Part shown: piece after piece, positions 23,273 through 35,560 of the stretch
Numbering within the stretch: the stretch's first letter is position 1
Layout of the letters: each line of letters starts with the position of its first letter
Origin: Prorocentrum cordatum
Lineage: Eukaryota
DNA length: 64,000 nucleotides
Reading direction: 5' to 3'
Assembly: GCA_963575745.1 (NCBI GenBank)
Contig: CAUYUJ010000003.1
Coordinates: 1-64,000, forward strand
Translations under genes and position numbers: made by a program
Notes under the pieces: model-generated
Database searches by the model: none
What the model saw: only the letters and a program-made list of their open reading frames with translations
What the model was told of the DNA's origin: nothing

Positions 23273-23352
23273 CGTAGTAGCAGTAGTAGTAGTAGTGGTA
23301 GTAGTAGTAGTAGTAGTAGTCGTAGTAGTAGTAATAGTAGTAGTAATAGTAA

Positions 23353-23394
<42 letters not shown>

Positions 23395-23458
23395 AAGTAG
23401 TACTAGTAATCGAATGGGTGGTAGTAGTAGTACTGGTAAGGAGGTAGCACTCGTGGTC

Positions 23459-23500
<42 letters not shown>

Positions 23501-23533
23501 ATCGTCGTCGTCGTAGCTTCAGAAGTAGTAGTC

Positions 23534-23590
<57 letters not shown>

Positions 23591-23621
23591 CTAGTAGTAG
23601 TAGTAGTAGTAGTAGTAGTAG

Positions 23622-23670
<49 letters not shown>

Positions 23671-23686
23671 CGTAGTAGTAGTAGTA

Positions 23687-23721
<35 letters not shown>

Positions 23722-23751
23722 AAACGTGTTATTATTAGTATTAGTAATAGT

Positions 23752-23843
<92 letters not shown>

Positions 23844-23896
23844 ATAGTAGTAGTAGTAGAAATAATACTAGGAGTAGTAGTCGTCGTAGTAGTAGC

Positions 23897-23933
<37 letters not shown>

Positions 23934-24050
23934 ATAATAGTAGTAGTGGAAGTAGTGGTAGTAGTAGTACTACTACTACGACTACTAACCGAAATATTAA
24001 TGAAAGTAATCGTAGGTAGTAGGAGTAGTAGTAATAATAATAATAATAAT
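22245..24050. repeat. ~1.8-kb (TAG)n/(CTA)n microsatellite
   Basis: Direct reading. Source of the poly-S/V/T/L ORFs. Confidence 0.98.
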
Positions 24051-24759
24051 GAATGTTTCTGGGTCCACGCTGGCTAACCTTTGAGCCAATGTCTTAAAGC
24101 AAGCTCAATTCTTCGGGGATCTGCCTCTTGTGCGTGCCCGATGCGCACGCATGCTGGATGCCAGTCGGCGTCGCTATAGGAGCCTAAGCCACCTATGGTG
24201 GACGGCCCATTTGTTCCTCGTGAGGCGTAGGGTTGCAGGGCCCCAGTTCAAAAGGGGCGACTGCAACTCCTCATGGGTGCTGGGCTCCTTCTCTACAGCC
24301 CAGCTGGTATAACTGACGTTGTTGAGCGTCTCTGGCAGGAGGTCCTGGACCTGGCCAGTCGCCGATGCATGTCTCGTGGCAACCTGCAACATGAACGCCG
24401 TCGTCTGATCATGCATGGATGGCCCCTTCCGTCTCCGCGGCTTGGCCCACGTCGACGTCGTAGCTGCGGGCGTGGGATCCAGTCGGAGAGTCGACGCGGC
24501 CCCCGCGGCTCGCGACCGAGCTGGGCCGGGTGCCTCGCGCCCGTTGCCGCCTGTTGTTGTTCGAAGCGGTCCAGCCGGCATTGGCGGCGTCGGTATGGCA
24601 TTGCTCGCGGCCGTGCTATTGGCGGGGGTCACTGCTAGGACGTCATCCAGCCTCCTGCGCAGGTCCGGGATCTCCTGGGCCTGCTGGGTTGACGCAGCTG
24701 CTGAGGTGCCTGGCGCGTCGATGTGGCCCGCGTGCGTTTACTCCGCCACGATAATGCCC

Positions 24760-24897
24760 TGTCCACGGCAGATGTCGCATGGTGCCACGACAACGGCCCC
24801 CGCACTGCCACTCGCGACGCACGTGCACGGCGTCCGCATTGCAGCCCCCGCACCTTCCCGCGGGATGCGAAGGCTTCCAGACACACTGCGTAGTTCG
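24760..24897 (-). pseudogene. Degenerate RING-H2 finger
   Basis: TNYAVCLEAFASRGKVRGLQCGRRARAS then APCDICRG in another frame. Spacing fits C-x2-C-LEAF..L-x-CGH-x-FH..C..C-x2-C, and the Y/R/R substitutions are single transitions from C/H/H codons. Confidence 0.6.
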
Positions 24898-26239
24898 TGG
24901 ACGAGGTATTTGAGACAACTGGTGGGTCTGTGTAAGGATGTGTCCGCCATTGGCGCTGCAACGTTGTCTCGGATGGCCCGTATGGTGATGGTGGAGGTCC
25001 CTCGCGGGTAGCTGACCTCGGCGTGGACCTCGCAGTAGGCGCGTGGCCGCGCTGGGCGTTGTTGATAATGCGATGCATGCGCCTCGCTGCGCGCTCACGC
25101 GCCGCCCGCCTTGCGTCCTCCACCGCCTGCATGTTCGCCTGCGTCGTCGGATGAATGTCGAATGTCGTGCAGGCACGGAGGAAGGTGACCCACGGGTGCA
25201 AGCACCTCAAGGGCAACTGACTGCGCCTCTGTATCGGGTCACCTGGTGGAGGATGGTAGCGAAGCAATTATACGCTGTCTGGTACGCGCGCCGCTTGAAG
25301 ACGATCGAATTCGTTTGCCATTCTTCGTCGCCTAGTTCTGGGTCAGTTGTCCAAAGAAATCATGGGCGTGCCAGTGACCTCCGCGTGGTGCTCGGGAAGG
25401 AGTGGATGGTCTATTGGCGGTGCGGCCAACGCTTGAAGCGGCGGGAAATTTAGGCGTGCTGCGAAGGCAGGGATGAACGGCAACCGATCAGGATGATCTG
25501 CGGAGGGGCTCGCATCTGGAACCCATTCCCAAGGCGGATCCCAACTCGTTCTGTCGGTTACGTCCACGCCCAGCAGGCGCATCTCAGACATTGCTGCCTG
25601 GTGCTGCTGTTGCACAACCACTGCTGCTCAAGAGCCGATTGCCTGTGTCCAGGCTGTTGTGACGGTGGTGCCATGATCGGAGAGCCCATGGGCTGCCAGT
25701 GGCCTGGCTCTGCTGCCGCGACTTGCCGGGGGGCGTCGCGGCCCTTGCTGCAGCCGCCAAGTCCTTAGCTCGAGCGCCGAGGCTATCCGCTGCATCAAGT
25801 CCTCATGGCTCGTCCCCAGAGTCTGCTGCCCACCGGGCGTGTCCGCCCCTGAGGCGATCGGCATGCCTCCTAGGGCTGTCGCCCAGGGGTCCTGCTGCGT
25901 GAATATGTCGGACAGCGTAGAGATGTCGTATGATGGCTGAGACGGTGGTGTCATTCACGATGCCGACAACCCGGTATCCGTTGGCAAGATAGCCGGTGGT
26001 CCAGCGTTCGTTGGGGCGTTGGTCCCGGCAGGCGCCCCCGCATCCACCATGAGGCACGCGCGCGAGTCACTGCGTGGAGGTCCCATCGGTCGTCTGAGCA
26101 CCGATGGCGTCGGCGGTCTGAGGGGCGGACCAGCCGTGGAGGAGGTCGGCTGCCTTCAATGGAGTCTGGGCCCCTGTGCGCGAGCCGAAGTACTGGGGAT
26201 CGTGCCAGACCCCCCCCCCCTACATGCTGCACCCTTTGA

Positions 26240-26945
26240 TCGGCCAAGTGGATAATATCGCGGTTCGGTATGATTCCATCCCAGCTCTCGGTCATGATGG
26301 CATCGTTTTCCGAGCGCCCAATCTTGGTGCCATCGCGCGTCATAATTGGCATGGGCATTTAAATCGACTTCTGAATCTGCGCGCAGGCCAGATTTGATCC
26401 GCGGGCCCCGCGGCAAATATTGACAACCATGAGCATATTGGCGGGACCAGCGCCCAAATTTGGGATTGCGCTGTTGCAGGCAGGAGAAATCATTGCGAAA
26501 TCTGTTCAAGGTAAACCCACTTGTGGTGCCATGGGTGATAAACTTGGGGTCGCCATCTTGTCCCATCGATGTCGCTCGCTTGTGCGACGGCTCTAGGCGC
26601 AGGAGATGCCGGGCCTCGCGTGTCCGATCGCGGCCTGGATCCACAACATGTTTTTTTCCTGTGATGGTCGATGTATATTTCAACTGGAAGCCGCCCTTCT
26701 TGGCGCCCGACAGGCCCGTCATGTTTCTGGTCTTCAGTGGCGACCGTGCTTGATAGTCGCTTGCGTGGCCGCGCATCCACTTCATAACTTCCACTGCGCC
26801 CCTGATGTTGTTTACGGCGTCGTTGGCCATGGCCCAGCTGTAGCACGTGTCCCAAGTCACGCACGTCCTCTCATAGTTCGGGTCGATGGCGCCGTCATTG
26901 CACGGCCGGCGCCTGCAAGTGGTGGGCCGCCGCTCCGACGTCGCG
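26240..26945 (-). pseudogene. Tpt1/KptA RNA 2'-phosphotransferase (ADP-ribosyltransferase fold) remnant inside the LTR element
   Basis: Ordered motifs KKGGFQL, MLWIQAAIGHA (26650-26615), PKFITHGTT (~26550-26523), SRQYAHGCQYLPRGPRIKSGLRADSEV and RDGTKIGRSENDAIMTESWDGIIP. They match the Tpt1 pattern KxRFxL..WIRAxQGHS..HGT..RxHIH..ISGMR..DGIxFYRSxNGVILTxGxxGxIP. Confidence 0.8.
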
Positions 26946-29299
26946 GTCATCTCGTTGCGGGCGGGCTCTGGGAATAACAGGACGTACTCCTCCTTCGTGT
27001 TCGCCTCGAGTAGGGAAATTTCCTCCTCGTTCTTCAATGGTCGCGTTGCAAGGGGGCTGTCGCGCATGAGCTGCATGTGCCTTGCGTGGGCGTCGCTCAG
27101 ATCGTGAAGAATACATTGAAAGCTCGCGATATCATCGCTCACGGGCGTGTCCGCCCAGTTCGGAACCGCGGCGGCAGACAGGCTGGCCTTCGGTTGATCT
27201 GCTGCTGGCGTCGGTGGCGCCGCCCTTGCTGGTGGTGCTAATGATGCCGGTGATGAAGCCGGTGGCGCTCCTATGTACTTGGAGGTTGCGCTCGTCCAAA
27301 GCGTAATCTGGGGGCCGACCGGCTCTGGTTGAGGTATGCCGGCGTCTTGGCTGCCCGCTTCCTTCCCTGCGCGGCGTCCATGATCGCTCGGCCGAGGCGA
27401 GCCGGCGCCCTGGCTGCTCGGGACTTCCTTCTCTGCGCGGCGCCCGAGGTCGCGCGAGACAGCGTCTCCTGCGTGAAGGCGGCAAGTCGCGCGTCATATT
27501 CAACCTGCGCGTGGCCTCTGAATCATGGGAGCTGAATCAGCTGGCGGTGAAGCTCTTTGCCCGTGGCCGAGCCGGTTCTGTTTCTTCCTGCGTAGCTGTC
27601 CAGGCCGGCGGCGCGTCGGGCAGGGGCCCGATCTGCGCGATGCATTTGGCCTGATTGTGATGCTTCTGAGCGCGCGGCCACAGGTTGCTTCGGAAGAGCC
27701 GTGGGAACGTCCTGGTCGCTGGCGGCGCGCTCTGATATGCTGGCTGAACGCCGTCGTCGTTTTGTTGCTTGCGTCCAACATGTGACTCCGCCAGCGTCGC
27801 CTCTTCTTCTGGGGTGAGTTTCTCATTGCCTTGAGCCGCGGTGTAGTTATTGGATTGCCCATGCCATCTGGCGCAGTAATAGGGACATGCCCTTCTTCTG
27901 GCTCAAGTTCTCCTGGCGGGGTCGATTCCTCGTCGGATTCCGAAAGGCTCGCCGCCTGTTCTGGGCGAAGCTCCTTTCCTGGCGTGCGTCTTTCGGGGTG
28001 TCCTGGGCGTGGCCGCCCGCGTCGTGGGCGGGCCCGCCCTTGTCCTGGGCGCGTCCGCCCTCGTCTGCCGGCTCGGCGGGTGCGAGTGGCGACTCCTCCT
28101 CGCCCCCTTCTGCCTCCTCCTCGCCTGGCGATGATTGCGGAGGGGGCGCCCGAGGGAGGGGCGGCGCTGGAACTGCCGACGGTCTGTTTCGTCGTGTTCA
28201 GCTCCCGATGTCGAGGAGCGCTCGCGTCGCTGTCCTCGCCCGTCGGAGCGTCGCCGCGCGTGGCGCGCCAGTCCCGCTGGTAGGCTTTAAGACGCTGGTT
28301 CTCGGGATGCAGCCTCCGGCTCTACTTGGCGTCCGTGATCTGCGCATCGCTCCGGGGAAAATGCCCGGCCTCGGCGTCGGCCTTGCCCCCGAGGCCGTCG
28401 CCGTGATCAGGGCGCCGAGGCGTGGCGTCGCGACGCGGGCTGCGCGATGGCCGTTTGATCTGGCGCCCGGGGCATTGCTTGCTGGGGCGAGGGCCCCCGC
28501 GCATGCGGCATGTCTTGCGGTCTTCAAAGAGGCCGCGCTTCCGCCGCTGTCTCCGCGGCGCGGCGACGAGACGTCTTGATGATGTGGCCAGAGTCGCCCC
28601 GAAGCACGTTCATTTGAGACCGCCGATGGCGAGTTTCTGGCTCGCTCCAGCCCTTGTCGAGATGCCGCTGCATGTTCGCCCCGAGAAAAGCACGCCCCTT
28701 CCTTGAACCGTGGCCCATGCTCGACGAGGGGCCTGCGGCTCGAGAGTGACTGCGGCCTCGGCTGACGTTGCCCGGGGCCAGGCGCGACCCTGCGGCTCCT
28801 GCTCCCGAACTGCGGCAGCGGCGACTGCTGCCCTGCCCTTGTCAGGGCCCGTTTAGTCGGACCTGTGCCGATGGGGGCTTGGCGGCCCCGCGCCAGGAAC
28901 GCAGCGGCGCCCGATTGGCCACGGAGGCCGAGGCCAATGGCCGTCGGCGCTGGAAGTTGGGTGCGATGGCCCTGCTCGCGTCCGAATTGGAGCAGTTGTA
29001 CTCTTCTTCAGCGGCAGGAGCGGTCTCAACATCAGACATGCAATCATAATCAGCATTTTGAACGTGCCCGTGCTCGTCTTCATTTTACGCGTGTCCGTGC
29101 CGTGGGAATCCCGCGAATACCTCGAACGGCGCATCGAATGGCTCCTCGAAGCCGTCGTACATGTACTCGGTGTAGCGTTCGACCGCCATGGCTGCCTCGG
29201 CGTGCCTAGCAATCAGGGGCTAGGTGGTTCTAGATTGCACCTGGGAGGGATGATCGAGACCCGGGAAATCAACGTATCCGAATACGTCGTCCTCCTGTT

Positions 29300-30600
29300 G
29301 CTCTGAGCGGATCCATCCCCTCTTCTTTTGTCCATGGGACGCTGTGCCTGATTTTTGTCGTTACCGCGAGAATTGCATGTCATGCGTTGGCCATTATTGT
29401 CCATGGGGTTTAGCTTGCGCCCCTTGCCTCCCCTCGCGGTGTTTCCGCGACCTTTACCTCTGCCTTTGCCACCGAAAATCAGCTCCTCGAAGTAGTGGTC
29501 GGTTAGACTGGCAAATGAAGTGGCCACCCCTTTTTCGTGTGCAAACCCCGGGTCGGTCTACCACCTTACCTGCGCCACGACCATTATTTGACCCCCCTCT
29601 ATGTAAGCCGTCTCCACCTTCTTTTAGCATGCTGATCGCCTAGATATAAGTAGTGTGCTGGAGTGTCGCCGCCAGCAGGCAGATCTGACCAGCCAGTGGC
29701 TTTAACACCTGTTGATGAGCAGGTGTCGGTGTCTGTCTGAGAGTCGAAGGGGTCGTCATCGTGTTGGCCTGACGAACCCCGAAGGGCCGTCTCTGCGCGT
29801 GGTGTGTAGCTGGCAGCTGCTGGCCAACCGTTCTTTGAACCAGAGGTCTTGGCGCTGCCAATCTCTTGGCCTAAGAAGTGTCGTGTGTACGGTAGGCTCT
29901 TGATGGCCCCAGATCCTGCCAGACGTTGCCGCCGGCATATCGCTTGTTTCGGCATGGTAGGTGCTAGCGTTGCGGCCACCGAGAATGCCCCCGATGTTTC
30001 CAGGAACGCGCCCAGCTAGGTGTCCATAGCTGCGCATGCGCTCCAGTAGTTGATCGTGCTGTTGTTGGGTACGGGGCGCTTGGTAGTTTGCTGGTTGCAG
30101 TAATGGTGGCGCTCGGGGGGTGCCTACTCCCAGAGCGCGGAACAATAAGAACGTCAGGATCGGGAAGTTGGGCATGTTGAAGCCGGCCAAGTCCGCCTCG
30201 AGTCTGGCCATCTCGAATCGGGCCAAAGCTGAATCGATGCGTTCGCCCTTATCGACCCTGATGTCGACAAGGGTGGTTCTCGAGGTGAACTGCCGCTCAA
30301 CGTCGAGGCTTGCGAACTTGGTACTAAGTAGGCACATGAAGTTTGTAATCCCGTCGGTGCGTTTACCGTGTGAATTTACACCGTAATTGATGATGGTCGA
30401 CCGCACGCTCGCGGCCAGGGTTCTGCCTAGACCCCCGATACTGCGCTGGAGCGCGGCGGCCTGTTGTGGTGGAGTCATGGCTCCAGCTATGGCGTTGAGC
30501 CATGCATGTACTTCGCGAGCGAACTCGCGGAATGGTGCGTTGTCTGCGGAGTCCCAGTGGGGGCCCCGAATGCGTGTTTCATCTTTTCCTCCTCGCATGT
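29300..30600 (-). pseudogene. Gag remnant
   Basis: PFREFAREVHAW..PQQAAALQRSIGGLGRTLA..ERIDSALARFEMAR..LERMRSYGHL; DTDTCSS; QHAKRRWRR; GKG-rich linker and decayed knuckle LNPMDNNGQRMTC. Confidence 0.8.
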
Positions 30601-30960
30601 ATCCCGCTGCCAAACCAAGGGACACCCATACAATTCCCAAACTAGGAACGTTGACATAGTGCATGTTCATACTGTAGTTGATGATGTCAAGGTCTGTGCG
30701 TTTGGTGACTGGCGTATCCGTCAGGTCACGTATACGGGTATGGTCTGACGTGGCCGTCAGTTTGTGGATGGGTGTAAGGGTTAAACTTGCACGTGGCGTG
30801 TGAGCCACGCGGTGGGGAGCTGGAGGAACAAGATACTAGGTTACCAGTTGGGTGAAGGGTATTGGGAATGTAATGGCTGATAGCTGGCGCAATTGGAAGT
30901 CCCACTGTGCCGTGGTAAGTCGTTTTGTACATCACACATGATGTAATAACCAGCCACGAA

Positions 30961-30986
30961 CATATGATACCAACTTAATTACCAAG
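30961..30986 (-). promoter_or_regulatory. Possible primer-binding site
   Basis: After the 5' LTR the minus strand reads cttggtaattaagtTGGTATCAtatg. TGGTATCA matches the first 8 nt of the common initiator-Met PBS but lies 14 nt from the LTR. Confidence 0.4.
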
Positions 30987-31283
30987 TGAAAAAGCGAAGG
31001 TCGGAAGGGTGCAAGCCGGAACCCCGCTGCTTAGGATGACGTCGTAGACGTACCACGGTATCCCATAGCTTATCCTAAGAGCAAAACGGAAGGCAAGAGA
31101 CAAAATAATATGGGAGGATGCACCATCGAAGAATGTGAACGTGTCTTTTATCCGTTACTCTGATGCAATAGTACCTCGCTGACGCGAGGTGGTCGTATAG
31201 TACACCGGTGTCTTGAGCCAGACAGCGGCGGACGTGGGCAAGACGCTCGCTATGCTCACCTTTGCCCCTGTGGTCTTCCTTCA
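30987..31283 (-). repeat. 5' LTR
   Basis: tgaaaaagcgaaggtc...ggtcttccttca. Diverged copy of 14053-14356 with a 56-bp identical core. Confidence 0.92.
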
Positions 31284-32329
31284 AAGTGGCGGCGCCAGCG
31301 GGGTTCCTCGGGGGTCCTGGCGGGGCTTGGGTGTCCCGGGTCAAAATGCCGCCCCCCTGGGGTCCTGGGGGGTCCTGGGAGGGGGGGGTCCTGGAGGAGG
31401 TGGAGGGGGTTGTTGGGGTGGGGATCCCCGGTCAGCGGGGGCCCCCGGGAAGGTCCCGCCTTCAAGGTCTGTGGCGCCAGTCGCAAGACCTTCGCAATAA
31501 AAAGGATCAGAAGAATAATCAGACCAACAAGTATGAACAACATGAGCATCATATTCATCCGCATGAGCAAGTCACACTTCATGATGACAGTAAAAGTGCA
31601 AATGCGAATGGCAAGAAGCAGAAGACATGTGACAGGGGTGCGTGCTCCAGGGCCCCGGTATCCACCTCTCCCCAGCCCCCCCCCCCTCGCCAACGCCTGG
31701 AGTGTTCTGGGTCATGACTCGGGCCTCTGGCGGCCGGTCGGGACGACCCTGGCACCCCCGGAAAGCTCTCGACGAGGCGCAGCTGCTGGAGAGCATCCCG
31801 ATGCAAGGAACCATCGAAAGTCGGCGGCGAGCCCAGGGGGGAGGTGAGGAGGCCTGCCCCTCTCGCCTCCCCGTTGGGCTCGCCACCGAAACGAGCAGCC
31901 CCTTCGAGAGCCAACGAGGGTGTCCGACGCCCCCGCACGAAGACGGCGGCGATGGAGTGGGGCCAGGCGCGGGGCCGCAAAACGGCAGCGGGCGGCGATG
32001 GAGGACGAGGGCCGCGATGAGAGTGGGAGAAGGGACGCGAAGGACGGCGAGGACTTCCCGGCGTGACGCGTATCCCTACGAATCCCTATGTTTGGCATCA
32101 CCTTATCTCGCTGCCGATCTTAAATGTTCCCACATCTTCTGAGGGCACACCCCTGAGATTGCCCTCGCCTCTGGGCTTGCCGGTCTTGGGGATGGGGATC
32201 CGCCGACCCCCGCTTGCCGGGGGTGAAAAGGCGTGTGAAACATTCGGCTGTTCTCCTCCCCCTTTCCCCCTCTCCTGGGGCCCAACATGCTTGTAAGGGG
32301 GGGCAGAGCTTGTCAAAGCACACCCGGGG

Positions 32330-32920
32330 TCTCCAAAAAGCCCCAAGACGGCCCAAGAGGGCCCAGACAGAGCGCCAAGACAGTCCAAGAGAGCGTCGAG
32401 ACAGCGCAGGGTCACCCCAAGACGATCAATATGGCTTCGAGACGGTCCACGCGCCTCTAAGACGGCCTGATAATGCTCCCAGAGGACCGCCGAGAGGGCA
32501 CCAAGAGGCATGCATTGTCCCATCCCCCTTGGGAAGCGTACACTTTTAGCATACTCGCCCTTTTCGACTCGGCAGCGTCCAAGACGGCCCAAGGGGCCCC
32601 AAGATCGCCCCCAAATCGCCCATGAGGCCTCCAAGGGGCACCCAAGGCAGCCCGAGAGGGTCCCGAAACGGCTGCAGAGGCCCCCGAAAAAGGCCCAAGA
32701 TAGCCCCAAGAGGGCCCTAAGGCGGGCCGAGATACGAACTGACATTTCGAGCCCTTCTCTCCAAAATGACCCCAAGAGCTCCCCCGACGCCTCCGAAGCG
32801 CTCACAAGAGGCCCAAAGAGGTTCCCAAGGGGTCCCCAAGACGCGCCGGGGAGGCCCCCAAGAATGCCCAAAGGCCCCCCGGATGCCTCCAAGAGCCCTC
32901 CAAGAGGCCCATGAGAGGCA
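32330..32920 (+). repeat. ccaagaggcc/ccaagacggc low-complexity repeat family
   Basis: Same motif family as 8085-8710. Confidence 0.75.
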
Positions 32921-33544
32921 TCCCACTAGCCTCTCAAATACATCCAAGAAGCTCCTGACCCACGAGATCATTTCCAAGATCGTCGCAAGCATTCGCTCCT
33001 CTGGGATTCGGCGGCATGGCGTAAGACATTTGGATAAGCTCGAGGCTGGAGAAGGACGGCGAGGACGACGGCGAGGGCGACGCTTGCCCCGAAGGCGACG
33101 ACGGCGGCGACGACGACGGCGACGACGGCGGCGGCGACACCTGAATTGGGGCGCGGGGCGCGGGGCGTCGGTCACTGGGCGCCGGCGCCGAGCGGCCCAG
33201 GGGCTGCGGGGGCTGCACACCTGGGCGCTCTCTCGAGTTGTTTCGCTTGAAGGAACAGCGATGGACAAAAACATTATATTTTGATCTTGATCACCCGCCC
33301 GACAGATTGGGGTCGGTAGATTATAGGAACAGACCTCCCAGCCCGCCCGCCCTGCATACACGCGGCCGCTAGATCCCCAGGCTCCCGATCATCCCTGGTG
33401 GTCCCGCCCCTCGTGCCGACTCGCCCACTCTGCATACTGCGGCCACCAAATCCCCAGGTCCCCCGATAATCCCTGAGGGTCCCACCCCCCGCGCCGACTC
33501 GCACACTCTGCATACGGCGGCCGCCAGATGCCCAGGCCCCCCAC

Positions 33545-34085
33545 AGAACAGAGCATAACACCACACCACCGAACACAACCTATCCGAGCATCAAATACCA
33601 TATCATGGCAGACCATATCGTAACATAACACACCATGACAGAGCAGTGCATACCGTAGCACAGCATCACTGCACATATCATCCCATAACATGCCAATTTA
33701 AGCATAACCTAACAAATCAACGCAGAGGTGAACATACCAAAACACACCAAGTCACAACATCATATAACATGGCATATCATACCATAACACAACACAGCAT
33801 AACAACGCATGCTAGGACAGACTGGAGCATGCGTACCATAACATGGCATGTCACACCATAGCATTGCCTACCATAGCATCACATGATAAATGGCATTGCC
33901 AGCCACAAGCTAGTACATAATCACAGCACATATCATCACGCACCATGCCAAATCATACCACCACAAAACGCAGCATAATATTTATATATATATATACCAT
34001 TATAATAACAGGCCACCATAAGCTACGACATATTCTGCCACACGGAACATAGCATAACACCACACCTCACAACACAACCTGCGAC
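33545..34085. repeat. Degenerate (ACATA/CATAA)n pentamer tract
   Basis: AC-rich 5-nt periodicity. Confidence 0.75.
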
Positions 34086-35039
34086 ATGGCCCGACAGCAG
34101 CAGTGGCCGAGACCACCGCGCCCCGCGCACATCGTTCCAATGAGCGCGCGCACCTTCGGGATCAAACGCCAAAGGTTTCGGTGGGGAACGCTCGATGCAA
34201 CATGCTTGGTTTTCTTCAGTGTTTTTTATTCCCTGGCATCGGGCTGCTGCGACGACTGCGCTGGCGTCTGCCCAGGGGCTGCTCCGACTGCTCCAGGCGG
34301 TCGTTGGCGTGTTGAAGCCAGAGATGCAGTCAAAACTCATAACAAAGATGCGCAATAAGGATGCAGGACCCTTGGGCGCCCGTGTTGACGTTTTTTTTCG
34401 GGCGCGGCTGGTAAGGACGGACCGAGGAGGCAAGGATGCAAGGGTACTCCAGTCTTCACAAAATAAGGGTGGTGGTTTGATGTGGGAGGGTGTCTGATTT
34501 GAGCTGTCTTGGAGAGTTCCAGGAGGATCTGGGCAGAAGGCCGCCCTTTCATGGCCAGTCTGGGGGGGTATAAAATTGCTCGTCTGGGAGGGTTGTGACC
34601 CCCCCCCTTCATACAAAATCGGGGGTACCCTTGGAAAGGCGCTCATCTTTACTATCATTGTTGGTTGTAGCGCCAACCAGGAGGGCGGGACAGGACTGCA
34701 CCAGGGCCCGAGAGGGGATGAGCGAAATCCACGCTTCCCCCCGCCAGGCTGTCACGCGCGGCAGAAGTCCAAGGCAACTGCCTGCTCCAGGGCCTTCGAA
34801 GGACCGGGCTCGTCGCGGCCGTCGTCGACGTCGTCGTCGCCGCCGCCGTCGGTGGGAGAAGGGGACGGAATGATAACGACCAGTCGAGATAGTGGCGGGC
34901 GACCCCCCCTGAAAGTGCCTCGCCCTCGTTGGGGCTCACAGGAGGCTGCTCCTCGCGACGACTGGACCCGCCTCGCAAAGCAAGTCAGGACGGCGAGGGA
35001 TGGGCCCAGCGACCAATTCTGAGTGGATTTGGGGCTCTC

Positions 35040-35182
35040 ATCCTGCTCCTCCTCCTCCTCCTCCTGCTCCTCCTGCTCCTCCTGCTCCTCCTGCTCCTCC
35101 TGCTCCTCCTCCTCCTCCTCCTCCTCCTCCTCCTCCTCCCTTCTCCTCCTCCTACTCCTCCTCCTACTCCTCCTCCTCCTCC
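35040..35182. repeat. (TCC)n microsatellite
   Basis: Direct reading of the sequence. Confidence 0.95.
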
Positions 35183-35560
35183 GACCTCGGGGCGCCCGCC
35201 TCTATGGCCTGGCCAGAGGGGCGAAGGATGGGGGAAGGATGATAATATCGGCCAACATCGGATCGGCACATCAGATCGGGTCGGGACGCGGATCGGATCG
35301 GGGCGCGCCGGGGCGCAGCCACAATCGGATCGGATCGGCTGCGCCAGGACCCGAACACCGCCATGCAAGCACCAGGCCGTGTCGGAGGGTGGCGGAAAAC
35401 CGATCCTCATCTTCCCCCTTCTTCGCTTTCCTCCTCGTCCAATGGCGCGGGTGCCGCACGCATGGCCCTTGGGGCGGCATCGCGGTCATCGTCATCGCGC
35501 GGAAGAGGAAAAAGGAGGGAGGAGGAGGAAGAGGAGGAGGAGAAGGAGGAGGAGGAGGAA

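Larger units (their letters stand above)
14053..31283 (-). mobile_element. Decayed copia-order LTR retrotransposon (gag-PR-IN-RT-RH) with accessory domains
   Basis: Two ~300-bp direct repeats with TGAA..TTCA ends. Minus-strand gag, protease, integrase, RT and RNase H motifs occur in copia order, with many stops and frameshifts. No clean TSD. Confidence 0.9.

Noticed and set aside
21917..24019. Mucin-like poly-Thr/Ser/Val/Leu ORFs
   Set aside because: Translations of the (TAG)n microsatellite.
24078..24095. SL-like ttggctcaaag on the minus strand
   Set aside because: No CCGTAGCC part. It is better explained as the DIGSK codons of the protease-like motif.
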